Shown in pieces: positions 7,468 through 17,960 of a stretch of 64,000 nucleotides of DNA. Location: contig JBMNEZ010000001.1 in the NCBI GenBank assembly GCA_050949045.1, forward strand, positions 1,024,001 to 1,088,000. The letters run 5' to 3'. Every line of letters starts with the position of its first letter. Position 1 is the first letter of the stretch. Source of the DNA: Candidatus Izemoplasmatales bacterium (GTDB taxonomy: Bacteria; Bacillota_I; Bacilli_A; Izemoplasmatales; Hujiaoplasmataceae). The position numbers and the translations under genes were made by a program. The notes beneath the pieces were generated by a model. The model worked only from the letters and a program-made list of their open reading frames with translations, was not told the origin of the DNA and did not search any database.

Positions 7468-10193
7468 TCCTGAACAAGTAGAACTATTGCAAAGAAATCG
7501 TTATAGGTGCTAAGAGAAAGAGTTTGGATAACATATTCAGATTCCCAACTGTCACTAACATAAACATAGTAATCGTCATTTGTGATTTTGTACCCAACAC
7601 ATACAGTCATATGAGCAAAGCCATATGTAGAATCCGGTCCAAACCCCAACATGATTGGACGACCAGCATCCAGTTCAGATTGAATCGTGTTCCAGCTGAA
7701 CTTTTGGTTTCTTCTCCAAACGTTTTCAGATTCAAGAGTATATGTTGTACCATTATCTTCATGAACGAATATATCAAATCCAAACTGGATATTTGCGTTT
7801 GCACAATGCCCGTCTCCCTGCCCTGAGCCGTTTATCATCGCCGCTTGAACCTCAATTGCCCGCAGATTCTGTGTTACTTCGTCAATACAGTCAAATTGTA
7901 GCATACCGTGGTTAATGCACCAAAAAGCAGCAATATTGGTTATTGCACAGGGAATACAAAGATGTGTAGGAGTTGAGCGTAAATTTGTGGGTACTTCGTC
8001 AACGAATGTTCCACCAATAGAAACGTTCCAACACCATATCCACGGTGCACCCGGATATGTTACCCTTACTTGAATCTTGCCTGGAAACAATGTGGTTAAT
8101 TCACCAGTAGAAGCATTTATTGTTGCTCTCGTAGTTGAAGAACCGTCAGTGTCTACGACTGAATATGATACGGGGCCATTATGATTAATTCTTGTACTTT
8201 GCATATAGGCATGATATTGGTATGTTTCATCTAAGGACAAAGAAAGCGGAAAATCCTCTGTCACGATATTCTCATATGTATTTCCCAAATATTTATAAAA
8301 ACTCCACTTTGTGCCTGAAGCGTAACGATTGGTTGTCAAAACCAGAATGGTATCGTTATTAGCAGATGTTGACCTAACATAATAAGTTACTCCGTTTTCT
8401 GTGTATGTGATGTAGTAATAACCAGATGTATAAACTAATTTCCATGTATAATCTGTCGATAGTTCAGCATCGTTCTCGGCCAGTCTTCCGGCAATCGGAG
8501 CATTGTTGCCTACACTTGGAAAAATGACAAGCGAACTTTCAAGCATGCTGCGAATAACATAATCGTTTGTCGCCGGACGATAAGAAATTTTGAAGAGATT
8601 CTCAAGATGCGATATGGAAGTTGGTGGTGATGTGTATGATGTTGAATCCTGCAAAACCCAAGCCAAGCTGATTGGCCGATATGCTTTGACATACGTATTG
8701 GTATTAGCTTTGCGAACGGCATACACTCCCTCGGCAAAATGTGTTCCCGTATAGTTTATAGTAAGTTGTGCGAAGATTTGCATCTTTTCTTTTGCGACAA
8801 AAATAACTGAGTAGTTTTCTCCGCCTTCACGTTTCAAAGCAAAACCATAATTTGGTGTGCCTATATACCAGGATTTTACGTAATTTGTCACCGAAAATAC
8901 AGCGTACTCGGGATTATCTTCGTTAACTCCGTCTGCATAAACATCAACGATGTCACTACAAGTGGGGGCTGTGGTTGGTTTGTTATTCCAGATAACTCCA
9001 TGCTCTGACCAATTGGACGTAATCTGATAGATGCCAACTGACATGTAGCAGTCATTTGTTACCAAATAGTAATATGGCAGGCTAACATTTGCCGAAGTGA
9101 TATTAACTCCTGATGGTAGATTGGGTGTCGTGAATCGATAAAATGTCTGTTGGATGCTTGAAACCCAAAGTTGATGGTCTCTACCATAATTGACTTTTGG
9201 ATATGCTGAATACACATATGTATCAACCGTTTGGCCAATGTCTACCAAAGACGGGTCAATAGTCACAGGGAAAACCCGTTCATCTGCATTGACCCAATCT
9301 GCGTCCGCACTTATGGTAAATTCATATTTGCCAGGCCCCAGAAGAGAAATCGAATAGGCTACTTTGGTTGAATACTCATTGACGGCGTCATACATATACG
9401 GAGCGGGAATTTGATAGACAATCTCTCGAGTATCCGAGTCTGAAAGAATTATGTCACCATCATTTAACTCGGCAACCAGACCATCCAAAGAAAGTGTGAA
9501 GGAATAGTCGTAAGCGCTGGAAGGCTTCTTAACGATAATGTTTTCTTTGATACTGTTAGACACAAGAATATATTCAATATCTGTATTATCGACAATATTC
9601 TCATATATTATGCTTGAAGTGATTTTCTCTACCGTTATCAATCGTTGAAGTTTGGTAGCATCAATATCTGGCTCTGTTTTGGCATTAGTAACCGCAACGG
9701 CGGTATCTTCTTTGGTGTTTTTGAGTCCAAACGAAACCTTGTAGTTGCCTTCCTGTAGCGTAAACAGCGAGGCGAGGTCTGTAATCTGCTTAGCAAACTC
9801 CACTCTCGAGTCACTAGTCGACAATGCACCATTGATTTCGTATAGCGAATTATCTATTTCTTCCCATTCGCCTTCAGAACTTTTTCTGTGAACTGAATCT
9901 CCATATACAACCGCTAGAAAAGTGCCGTCTTCGAGTCGTAAATGTTTCACATTCTCTTCGCGCATCGATTCTATCTCGAAAGTCAGTTCACCTAGTTCTT
10001 GTTTTAGCAGAATTTCGTCTTTTGCTTCTATCGAAAATGCTTCTGTTGAGTCGTCTGTAGTCTGGGTTGTCGGAACGTAGTCCTCCGGCACTTCACTGGA
10101 AACAGAATTAACTGATAAACCAAATCGCGCGCTGAATCCAAGTAAAGTCACAAGGAGTAGTAATATCAGTTTTCTTAAACTTCTCCTTTTGAT
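7464..10193 (-). CDS. Secreted DNRLRE-domain protein with ricin-like/Ig-like middle and C-terminal C39-like (papain-fold) peptidase domain
   Basis: ORF track gives 7464..10151 (GTG). The frame extends to ATC 10193/ATT 10196 behind AGGAGGT and completes a signal peptide. Motifs: EEIDNSL, IKENIIV, PAPYMYDA, FPVTIDPS, DTYV..AYPKVNYG, VIWNNKP, VTNYVKSW..PNYGF. C-terminal CIPCAITN...AHMTVCVGY...VSDSW gives a Cys/His/Asp order. Confidence 0.75.
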   Translation of the reverse strand: MKRRSLRKLILLLLVTLLGFSARFGLSVNSVSSEVPEDYVPTTQTTDDSTEAFSIEAKDEILLKQELGELTFEIESMREENVKHLRLEDGTFLAVVYGDSVHRKSSEGEWEEIDNSLYEINGALSTSDSRVEFAKQITDLASLFTLQEGNYKVSFGLKNTKEDTAVAVTNAKTEPDIDATKLQRLITVEKITSSIIYENIVDNTDIEYILVSNSIKENIIVKKPSSAYDYSFTLSLDGLVAELNDGDIILSDSDTREIVYQIPAPYMYDAVNEYSTKVAYSISLLGPGKYEFTISADADWVNADERVFPVTIDPSLVDIGQTVDTYVYSAYPKVNYGRDHQLWVSSIQQTFYRFTTPNLPSGVNITSANVSLPYYYLVTNDCYMSVGIYQITSNWSEHGVIWNNKPTTAPTCSDIVDVYADGVNEDNPEYAVFSVTNYVKSWYIGTPNYGFALKREGGENYSVIFVAKEKMQIFAQLTINYTGTHFAEGVYAVRKANTNTYVKAYRPISLAWVLQDSTSYTSPPTSISHLENLFKISYRPATNDYVIRSMLESSLVIFPSVGNNAPIAGRLAENDAELSTDYTWKLVYTSGYYYITYTENGVTYYVRSTSANNDTILVLTTNRYASGTKWSFYKYLGNTYENIVTEDFPLSLSLDETYQYHAYMQSTRINHNGPVSYSVVDTDGSSTTRATINASTGELTTLFPGKIQVRVTYPGAPWIWCWNVSIGGTFVDEVPTNLRSTPTHLCIPCAITNIAAFWCINHGMLQFDCIDEVTQNLRAIEVQAAMINGSGQGDGHCANANIQFGFDIFVHEDNGTTYTLESENVWRRNQKFSWNTIQSELDAGRPIMLGFGPDSTYGFAHMTVCVGYKITNDDYYVYVSDSWESEYVIQTLSLSTYNDFFAIVLLVQE

Positions 10194-10805
10194 AATACAT
10201 ACCTCCTTTCATTTAATAAACATAAATGATCGAAGTTTTATTGGCTATAAACATAGCGATTTTGCTGTATCTGTCAATATCCGCTTTTGTAGAATTATTT
10301 AGGATTTCACATTTCAGTCGCCTTATAATCTTCAAGATCAGAGAATGAACTGTACTGTCTTTTGTCTCATTTTCTCGAAGTATTTACTGTTATTGCCTGG
10401 CATGGTTTTTCCCTGTCGTTTTCTATGCGTATGCTTTCATAGCCCACTGTTCAAAATCCATACCAATTCAAACTACTCTCTTAAATAATAAATAAAACAC
10501 TCCGGTCTACACGACTTTGGGTGTTCTTTGTGAAAACACTCATTCTCGATCGGTAACTAACCGCTAATATTGCATTGAATGGCCTAGCATGAATCAATAA
10601 AAAGTAAATTGTTGGATATATTTATTATAGCATGTCCAATCATGAAATCAAGATGACTACAAAAAATCACTAATTTTTGTTTATCTAATTCGCCTGTTGG
10701 CGGTATTACTTTTATATGACTGTAAATAAATGGTCATTCCAATGTGTTTCTTAGATATGGCTTTGAGTCAAACATCATGAGAAAAACTGATCTAATCCGA
10801 CATTT

Positions 10806-10840
10806 AAAAACATCTCTTTTCCTAATCAAAGAGATGTTTC
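10806..10840 (-). terminator. Intrinsic terminator after ffh
   Basis: Perfect 12-bp stem aaacatctcttt/aaagagatgttt, with a T-run on the minus strand. Confidence 0.7.
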
Positions 10841-10911
10841 TTGGTTCTGATTTCCTTCTGTCTGGTTAATTAAATTTGATTATTGGGATTCACTACACAT
10901 AGAATGTCGTA

Positions 10912-12285
10912 TTATTTCTTCGGCTTGGGAATAAATCCTTGAGGATTATTGATTTTGTCAGCCATTTTTTCCAATGACTGCGGCGACATCGATGACATCT
11001 GTTTCATCATTTTCTGTTGTTTTTCCAGCATTGACATCAAGCGGTTGACTTCTGTCGAACTCCGTCCGGAGCCTTCGGCGATCCGGCGGCGGCGGGAACT
11101 GCTACGTTCGAGCAATTCGGGATGCTTCCGCTCCTCGGGAGTCATCGACTTGATGATCGCCTCGATATAGACCAGTTGTTTGTCGTCGATCTTTTCAGAG
11201 TTCGCGAGCGCAGACATTCCCGGTAAGAACTTGAGAATCCCCGACAATGCTCCGAGGCGTTTGATCATCTTCAACTGCTTAAGCAAGTCATTGAAGTTGA
11301 ACTTCCCCGAAAGCATTTTTTCCATCATCGACATCGCTTCCGCCTCGTCAATCTCCTCGGTCGCTTTTTCGATCAGGGTGACAACATCCCCCATCCCGAG
11401 AATTCGCGAAGCCATCCGTTCCGGATGGAAGATCTCGATGTCGGTGAGTTTTTCTCCCGTGGTGGCGAATTTAATCGGCACTCCCGTCACTTTCCGAACT
11501 GAAAGCGCCGCGCCGCCTCTCGTGTCGCCATCGAGTTTGGTGAGAACACAGCCGGTGATGGCGAGCGCTTCATGGAACGCTTTCGCGACGTTGACGGCAT
11601 CCTGGCCGGTCATCGCATCGATCGTCAAGAGGATCTCTTCGGGTTTTGCCAGCTTCTTGATCGCAATCAGCTCGTCCATCAATGTCTCATTAATATGAAG
11701 TCTGCCGGCGGTATCGATGATGACTAGATCGTGACCGTTATTCTTGGCATATTTAAGCGCCTCGGAAACGATCTGTTCGGGCTTTGGACGCGTTCCCTGT
11801 TCAAAAACCTCAATTTCTAATTGGGTTCCGATTGTTTTGAGTTGTTCGATCGCGGCCGGACGGTAAATGTCGGCTGCGACGAGCAGCGGTTTCTTCTGAT
11901 GATTTTTTCTAATAAATCCCGCTAGTTTCCCGGCGGTGGTGGTCTTTCCGGTTCCCTGGAGCCCGACCAGCATCACGGTGGTCAGCCCTTTGTCGGCTAA
12001 AATCAGATCTGCCGCATCCGAGCCCATCAGCTTCTTGAGTTCATCGTTGACAATCTTGACGACTTGTTGCCCGGGATTGAGGCCTTTCAGTATTTTCTCG
12101 CCAAGAGCGAGTTCCCGAATCTCATCGGTAAATTCTTTTACTACTTTGTAGTTGACATCTGCCTCAAGAAGCGAGAGCCTTACCTCGCGGAGCATTTCCT
12201 CGATGTCATTCTCTGTCAGTCTCGCCTTGCCGGTCAGACGTCTGAAAGCCATTTGGAAACGGCTGGTCAAATTCTCAAATGCCAT
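10912..12285 (-). CDS. ffh: Signal recognition particle protein Ffh
   Basis: GLQGTGKTT, DTAGR and TKLDGDTRGGAALS motifs; Met-rich M domain. Confidence 0.98.
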   Translation of the reverse strand: MAFENLTSRFQMAFRRLTGKARLTENDIEEMLREVRLSLLEADVNYKVVKEFTDEIRELALGEKILKGLNPGQQVVKIVNDELKKLMGSDAADLILADKGLTTVMLVGLQGTGKTTTAGKLAGFIRKNHQKKPLLVAADIYRPAAIEQLKTIGTQLEIEVFEQGTRPKPEQIVSEALKYAKNNGHDLVIIDTAGRLHINETLMDELIAIKKLAKPEEILLTIDAMTGQDAVNVAKAFHEALAITGCVLTKLDGDTRGGAALSVRKVTGVPIKFATTGEKLTDIEIFHPERMASRILGMGDVVTLIEKATEEIDEAEAMSMMEKMLSGKFNFNDLLKQLKMIKRLGALSGILKFLPGMSALANSEKIDDKQLVYIEAIIKSMTPEERKHPELLERSSSRRRRIAEGSGRSSTEVNRLMSMLEKQQKMMKQMSSMSPQSLEKMADKINNPQGFIPKPKK

Positions 12286-12613
12286 TGTATCCCTCGATTT
12301 TTTCTAACTCGTCGATCAATTCTAAAAGTTGCTTTTTTGTCATCGTTTCATGAGTTTGTTTGAAATAATATTGTCTCATTTTTCTGCGTTTCAGTACATT
12401 CAGCTTATCCTCATAATAATTGAGAATCCCGACCACGTTTTTGATTTGTTCAAAGACGGCATTTCTGCTTACGTCCATGATCTTCGCGATCTCGGAAAGC
12501 GAATAGTCGTCAAAATAATAATAGGAAAAATAGGCTTTTTGTTTATCGGTAAGCAAAGAACCGTAAATGTCATATAGTTGATGGTGTCTGATTTTTTCTT
12601 GGAGTTGATCCAT
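12275..12613 (-). CDS. ylxM: YlxM family DNA-binding/SRP-associated protein
   Basis: LYDIYGSLLTDKQ...YYFDDYSLSEIA...VSRNAV; located between ftsY and ffh. Confidence 0.92.
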   Translation of the reverse strand: MDQLQEKIRHHQLYDIYGSLLTDKQKAYFSYYYFDDYSLSEIAKIMDVSRNAVFEQIKNVVGILNYYEDKLNVLKRRKMRQYYFKQTHETMTKKQLLELIDELEKIEGYNGI

Positions 12614-12680
12614 GATCGCGTCTTTGCCTCAAAATAGTTTGAGGCAAACTCTCCTTTCTTTATCGCTAACAAGTTGTCGA

Positions 12681-13652
12681 TCAGTCGAAAAAGTCTGCGA
12701 ACAGACCATAGATGTAGTCTTCGATATCGAAGTGGCCGAGATCATCGATCTTCTCGCCGAGACCGACGAAACTGATCGGGATGCCCAACTCTTCCCGGAT
12801 GGCGAGAACGATCCCGCCCTTGGCGGTGCCGTCGAGTTTAGTCAGGATGATACCGGTGATTTCGGTCGCCTCGTTAAAAACCTTGGCCTGGTTGAGCCCG
12901 TTCTGACCGGTGGTCGCATCAATCACAAGATATGTCAAAAAAGGTTTGCCCGGCATTTCTTTTTTGATCGTTCTGCCCATCTTCTCGAGTTCTTTCATCA
13001 AATTGACCTTGTTTTGAAGACGGCCAGCGGTGTCAATTAAGAGAACGTCGGTTTTGGTTTTCTTTGCTTCCCGGATCGCCTCAAAAACCACGCTCGAAGG
13101 ATCGGATCCCGGTTGTTTCTCAATTACGGGGCACCCGACCCGCTCTCCCCAGATTTTGAGTTGGTCAATGGCGCCGGCTCGAAAAGTGTCCGCCGCCCCC
13201 ATCATCACCGATTTGCCTTCGTTTTGAAGCCTGTGGGCGAGTTTACCGATCGAAGTAGTCTTGCCGGTGCCATTGACCCCGACAAACAATATGACCGTGA
13301 GATCATTTTCATTGAATTTGATATTCGTATCGATGATTTCGCCTTTTAAATACAGATCAAACAATTTGTCGACTATCAGCGATTTGAGTTCATCGGCGGA
13401 TTCGAGTTTCAATCTCTTCGTTTCCGCCTTTAGAAGGGCAACGAACTTGACGACAGTGTCGACGCCAATATCGGCCATGATGAAGATTTCCTCGAGTTTG
13501 TCAAACAATAGATCATCGATTCTGTTATTCTTCAAAAGGACATCTTTCAAAGAATAAAGCGAACCGGCGCGGGTCTTTCTCATCCCCAGTTTGAATTTTT
13601 CACGCTCGAGGCGCTTTTCCTTGGTTTGGAACAGTCTTTGGAATATGCCCAT
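12681..13652 (-). CDS. ftsY: SRP receptor FtsY
   Basis: [35 protein letters not shown]. Confidence 0.98.
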   Translation of the reverse strand: MGIFQRLFQTKEKRLEREKFKLGMRKTRAGSLYSLKDVLLKNNRIDDLLFDKLEEIFIMADIGVDTVVKFVALLKAETKRLKLESADELKSLIVDKLFDLYLKGEIIDTNIKFNENDLTVILFVGVNGTGKTTSIGKLAHRLQNEGKSVMMGAADTFRAGAIDQLKIWGERVGCPVIEKQPGSDPSSVVFEAIREAKKTKTDVLLIDTAGRLQNKVNLMKELEKMGRTIKKEMPGKPFLTYLVIDATTGQNGLNQAKVFNEATEITGIILTKLDGTAKGGIVLAIREELGIPISFVGLGEKIDDLGHFDIEDYIYGLFADFFD

Positions 13653-13719
13653 CTCGATATCTCCTAACTGATAGTATTATATCATAAACGCTTTGGTCTT
13701 AGACAAAGATATCTTCAGT

Positions 13720-13750
13720 AAAAAAACGCTTCTCCCGGAGGCGAAGCGTT
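13720..13750 (-). terminator. Intrinsic terminator after topA
   Basis: aacgcttc...gaagcgtt stem followed by a T-run on the minus strand. Confidence 0.65.
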
Positions 13751-13764
13751 CAAGAACATGATAA

Positions 13765-15837
13765 TCAATCTTTGACTATGAAGCCACAGCTTTGATCGTC
13801 GATGCAACGGACTTGTCCGCTTTGTTCGATGACAAGCACCTTCCCGCAATGCGGACAAAAGTCATCGGAAACCTCGAATAGCGCAATATATTTGCACTTG
13901 GGATAGGTGCTGCAACCTAGGAAGTTGTGTCCCTTGTTTCTGCCTTTAGTCGCGGTCCTGATCACAAGCGTCCCTTGCTTGCAACTAGGACATTTGACTT
14001 TGGTGTCGACCGGCTGCGGTCTGGTTGGGTTTTGATCCTGCTTGACATATTTGCAGGCGGGGTAATTGCCGCAAGCTTCAAAATCGCCGTAACGGCCTTT
14101 TCTGATCACCATCGGCGATCCGCAATTGGGACATGACTCGCCGGTTTCCACCGGCTTTTCTTTTTTTAGATCCTTGAAAGCGGCATCCACCAAAGGGATG
14201 AAGTAGGAATAAAAATCACTGATGACCCTTAGTTGCTCGTCGTCGCCTTCGGCGATAAGATCCAGTTTTTCTTCCATTTCCCGAGAGTAATTGGCACTGA
14301 TAAACTCACTGAAATGGTGTTCAAGACTGGCAATTGTTTTTATGCCTTGTTCGGTCGGCTGGAATTTTCTCTCCTTGATCGCAACATACTTTCTAGTTTT
14401 CAGCGTTTTGATCGTCTGGGCATAGGTCGATGGCCTGCCGATGCCGAGATCTTCCATTTCCTTGATCAACTTGGCTTCCGAATAGCGCGCGGGCGGCGTC
14501 GTGAACATTTGCTTTGCCTCGACCTTGGTTGCTTTGATGCTCGACCCTTGAAGACAATAAGGAAGGTTTTTGTCCTCAATTTCGTCTTCTTCCACGCCAT
14601 AAATCACCTGATAGCCGTCAAATACCAGCTTCCGACCGGTTGATTTGAAGAGTGTATTGTTGTTTTCCAGTTCAATTGTCGTCTGGTCGTATTGCGCCGG
14701 AGTCATCAGCGATGCGATTGCGCGGTTGAATATGAGTTTGTATAATTGAAGTTCATCTTTGCTAAGATAAGGCTTCAGATATTCCGGAGTATACTTGAGA
14801 TTGGTCGGCCTGATTGCTTCGTGAGCTCCCTGAATCTTGTTTTTTGAAGTTTCTTTTTTGGGTTGGCCCAAATAAGTTTTACCATAGCGTTTAATGATAA
14901 AGGCTTCAGCCTCGGCGATGAATCCCGGGGTCAGCCTGATCGAATCGACACGCATATAAGTGATGAGGCCAACTTGTTCGTTTCCTACCTGAATGCCTTC
15001 GAACAGCCTTTGGGCGATTTGCATCGTTTTCTGGGAACTGAAATAAAGCCTTTGGGAAGCTTCCTGTTGGAGGGTGGATGTGATAAACGGCGGTTTGCTG
15101 GGGATATTTCGCCTTGTGGTCTCGCAGGAATAGACGCTGAATGCGGGTGAAAGGTTGGCGATCACGGCGTTCGCATCTTCAAGAGAGACGATCTTGGCGG
15201 ATTTGCCATCGATTTTTACCAACTTTGCATCAAAATCCGAGAATTTGGCAAAAATGTCATAATACTCCTCGATCACAAACTTGTCGATTTCTCTTTCTTT
15301 GTCGACAATCAGCTTCAAAGCTGCGCTCTGGACTCTCCCCGCCGATCTGGATTTGATCTTGATCTGAAGTAACTTGCTGAGTTTGAAACCGATGATCCTA
15401 TCAATAATCCTCCTAGTCTCTTGGGACGACACCAAATTCATGTCGATGTCTTTGGGATTGGCAAAAGCCTCAAGGATCGCCTGCTTGGTCATCTCGTTGA
15501 AGACAACGCGGTGGCATTTTTTGCCATTTATTTCCAAAGTGTCAAAAAGATGCCAACTGATCGCTTCCCCCTCGCGATCCGGATCGGAGGCGAGAAAAAT
15601 TTCGCCGGCGTCTATTACAGCCTTGTTCAATTCTTTGACGATATTTATCTTGTCCTTGAGAACAACGTATTTGGGCTTGAAGCCCTGTTTGACATCAATT
15701 CCAAGCCCCCCCGGGCCTGATATCGCCAGATCGCGAATATGGCCCTTGGATGATTTGACGGTATACTCGTTTCCCAAATACTGCCCGATGGTCTTTGATT
15801 TGGTCGGTGATTCGACAATTACAAGTTTTGTGGTCAC
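13765..15837 (-). CDS. topA: DNA topoisomerase I
   Basis: IVESPTK, DPDREGEAI, SAGRVQS, LITYMR, GIGRPSTY; C-terminal Zn ribbons. Confidence 0.98.
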   Translation of the reverse strand: MTTKLVIVESPTKSKTIGQYLGNEYTVKSSKGHIRDLAISGPGGLGIDVKQGFKPKYVVLKDKINIVKELNKAVIDAGEIFLASDPDREGEAISWHLFDTLEINGKKCHRVVFNEMTKQAILEAFANPKDIDMNLVSSQETRRIIDRIIGFKLSKLLQIKIKSRSAGRVQSAALKLIVDKEREIDKFVIEEYYDIFAKFSDFDAKLVKIDGKSAKIVSLEDANAVIANLSPAFSVYSCETTRRNIPSKPPFITSTLQQEASQRLYFSSQKTMQIAQRLFEGIQVGNEQVGLITYMRVDSIRLTPGFIAEAEAFIIKRYGKTYLGQPKKETSKNKIQGAHEAIRPTNLKYTPEYLKPYLSKDELQLYKLIFNRAIASLMTPAQYDQTTIELENNNTLFKSTGRKLVFDGYQVIYGVEEDEIEDKNLPYCLQGSSIKATKVEAKQMFTTPPARYSEAKLIKEMEDLGIGRPSTYAQTIKTLKTRKYVAIKERKFQPTEQGIKTIASLEHHFSEFISANYSREMEEKLDLIAEGDDEQLRVISDFYSYFIPLVDAAFKDLKKEKPVETGESCPNCGSPMVIRKGRYGDFEACGNYPACKYVKQDQNPTRPQPVDTKVKCPSCKQGTLVIRTATKGRNKGHNFLGCSTYPKCKYIALFEVSDDFCPHCGKVLVIEQSGQVRCIDDQSCGFIVKD

Positions 15838-15997
15838 GGCGCCACCTCTTTCTCGGTATTTAATATATAATCATCTCGCCTGCTTGTCAATCTTTTTGAG
15901 TTGAAAAAGCCAGTCTGTTTCCCAGCAATTTTTGTTAATATTTTCAATATTAAAATCACAAAGAAAAAACCGCGATCAGCGGCATCCTTAATATGTG

Positions 15998-16843
15998 TTA
16001 AATGTTTAGAATGAATGTCATCCGGTCACAACCCTGCATATCCTTGACGGTTTTGACCGTGGAGCCAGGAAAGTTAGCCACAGCCATGTCCCGGATGCTT
16101 GCGGCCGTGTCATACGCATGCTCGAAGGCAATCAAGTATTTGTCGTTCAAATAGTATTTAGCAGTTTCCAGAATCCGTCTGTAATAAAGAAGCCCATCGC
16201 TCCCGCCAAAAAGCGCCAGGTGGGGTTCATTGTCGAAGACGATTTTCTCTATGGTTTCGTTTTCCGGAATATAAGGAGGATTGGCGACGATGATGTCAAA
16301 CTTCATCCCTTCGAGCGGACTGAGCAAATCGCCTTCGAGAAAGGTGATGTCAGCCGCAAGCCTGTCGGCATTCTCCTTGGCTGTTTCAAGGGCATCATGG
16401 CTGATGTCGGTCGCATAGACCTCGATTGCGGGGGCTTCCTTTTTGATTGCAATCGCAATACAGCCGGACCCGGTGCCGATATCCGCAAGGCGGACCGGAC
16501 GCGATAGGAAATGTTCGTCGTATAACAAAAGAACCTGGTTGGCTAGTTCCTCGGTCTCATGTCGTGGAATCAGGACCTTTTCGTTGACATTGATCTTGTG
16601 GCCAAGAAAAAAGACCGAGCCGATGATGTACTGAACGGGTCGGTTCTTCTGAATGTGCTCGACAATCGCATCATGAAAACGTTGATAGTGCCGATAGGGC
16701 ATCTCTTTATCATAGCGAAGATAGAGTTCGGTGGTTTTTAAACCGGCAAAATGCAACATCAGCATTTCCGCAGCGGTCGTTTCTTTCCCTGCTTTTCTAA
16801 GATTATTCTTCGCCTCGCGAAGCGCTTCTTCATAAGAGGGCAT
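15998..16843 (-). CDS. prmC: Release factor glutamine methyltransferase PrmC/HemK
   Basis: VLIPRHETEEL, DIGTGSGCIA, NPPY. Start placed at the ATG just after the prfA stop. Confidence 0.95.
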   Translation of the reverse strand: MPSYEEALREAKNNLRKAGKETTAAEMLMLHFAGLKTTELYLRYDKEMPYRHYQRFHDAIVEHIQKNRPVQYIIGSVFFLGHKINVNEKVLIPRHETEELANQVLLLYDEHFLSRPVRLADIGTGSGCIAIAIKKEAPAIEVYATDISHDALETAKENADRLAADITFLEGDLLSPLEGMKFDIIVANPPYIPENETIEKIVFDNEPHLALFGGSDGLLYYRRILETAKYYLNDKYLIAFEHAYDTAASIRDMAVANFPGSTVKTVKDMQGCDRMTFILNI

Positions 16844-16844
16844 G

Positions 16845-17912
16845 TCAGTTTTGAACCTGAAGTTTTTGTTTTTGTTCTTCAGAAACCAGCGCATCAATCA
16901 ACGGGTCGAGACGCCCTTCGATGATGCGGTCCAGCTGTTGAATCGTAAAGCCGATGCGGTGATCGGTAACCCGATTTTGGGGATAATTGTAGGTTCTGAT
17001 CTTCTCCGAACGATCGCCGGTGCCGATTTTGCTCTTGCGCTCCTCGCCTTCCTTGTCAAGTTTTTCCTGAAGCATTTTGTCATATAAGCGGGAACGGAGG
17101 ATCCGCATCGCCTGTGCTTTATTCTCATGCTGGCTCTTGCCGTCCTGGCATTGGACGACGGTTCCCGTGGGAATGTGGGTCAGCCTGACCGCCGATTTGG
17201 TGGTATTGACAGATTGCCCTCCCGGACCGGAAGAACAAAAAGTGTCGACGCGGATATCTTCGGAATTGAGTTCGAAATCAAGTTCTTCAGCCTCGGGAAT
17301 GACGAGCACTGTCGCTGTCGAGGTGTGGATCCGCCCCTGGGCTTCGGTCACCGGGACTCTTTGAACCCGGTGGACTCCCGACTCGTATTTCATCAGAGAA
17401 TAGACGCTGTCGCCGCTGATCATGAATTCGATATGGCTGTATCCACCCGTTTCCGATGGCAAAGCATAGAGCGTCTCAAGTTTCCAATTCTTGCCTTCGG
17501 CGTATTTCGCATACATCCGAAACAAGTCGCCGGCAAAGATGTTGCCTTCGTCGCCGCCGGCGGCGCCGCGGATCTCGACAATGACATTCTTTTCATCGTT
17601 CGGATCCTTCGGTACCAACAAAAGCTCGAGTTCAGACTCGAGAATGTTGCTTCTTTCATATAAATCGTCGAGTTCCGTCTCGACAAGTTCGCGAATTTCC
17701 GGATCCTCGTCGCGGTGCATCTCCTTGAGCTCATCTGTTTGCTGGATTATTTCTTTGTATTCACGGTACTTCAGCACGATTTTCTCCAGCGACCGCAGCT
17801 CTTTGGACAAATGCTTGACTTTTTCGATGTCCGTCGAGATGGCAGGATCCTGAAGGCTTTCGCTGATCTCATCGTAGCGGTGCTCGATAAAATCAAGTTT
17901 TTCGGTAATCAT
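16845..17912 (-). CDS. prfA: Peptide chain release factor 1
   Basis: GGQ motif, PVT tripeptide, YESGVHRVQRVP. Confidence 0.98.
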   Translation of the reverse strand: MITEKLDFIEHRYDEISESLQDPAISTDIEKVKHLSKELRSLEKIVLKYREYKEIIQQTDELKEMHRDEDPEIRELVETELDDLYERSNILESELELLLVPKDPNDEKNVIVEIRGAAGGDEGNIFAGDLFRMYAKYAEGKNWKLETLYALPSETGGYSHIEFMISGDSVYSLMKYESGVHRVQRVPVTEAQGRIHTSTATVLVIPEAEELDFELNSEDIRVDTFCSSGPGGQSVNTTKSAVRLTHIPTGTVVQCQDGKSQHENKAQAMRILRSRLYDKMLQEKLDKEGEERKSKIGTGDRSEKIRTYNYPQNRVTDHRIGFTIQQLDRIIEGRLDPLIDALVSEEQKQKLQVQN

Positions 17913-17960
17913 TTTAATTATTCTCGCCTTCCCAAGGTTTCAAAAAAACAGCCGGAGAGG

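Larger units (their letters stand above)
4876..7558. repeat. Tandem duplication, period 1351 bp (lipoprotein gene + last ~95 bp of upstream gene + downstream RHS-fragment start)
   Basis: 4941/6292 and 6116/7467 are both offset by 1351. The flanks ...cccaatcaaactggaagataaaaccgtgaatcactctgtgctaaagaagatatcta and ...catattcagattcccaactgtcactaa occur twice. Confidence 0.95.

Noticed and set aside
10211..10800. Riboswitch, CRISPR array or small gene in the AT-rich gap between ffh and the island
   Set aside because: No regular repeats, recognisable aptamer or convincing ORF seen by eye.
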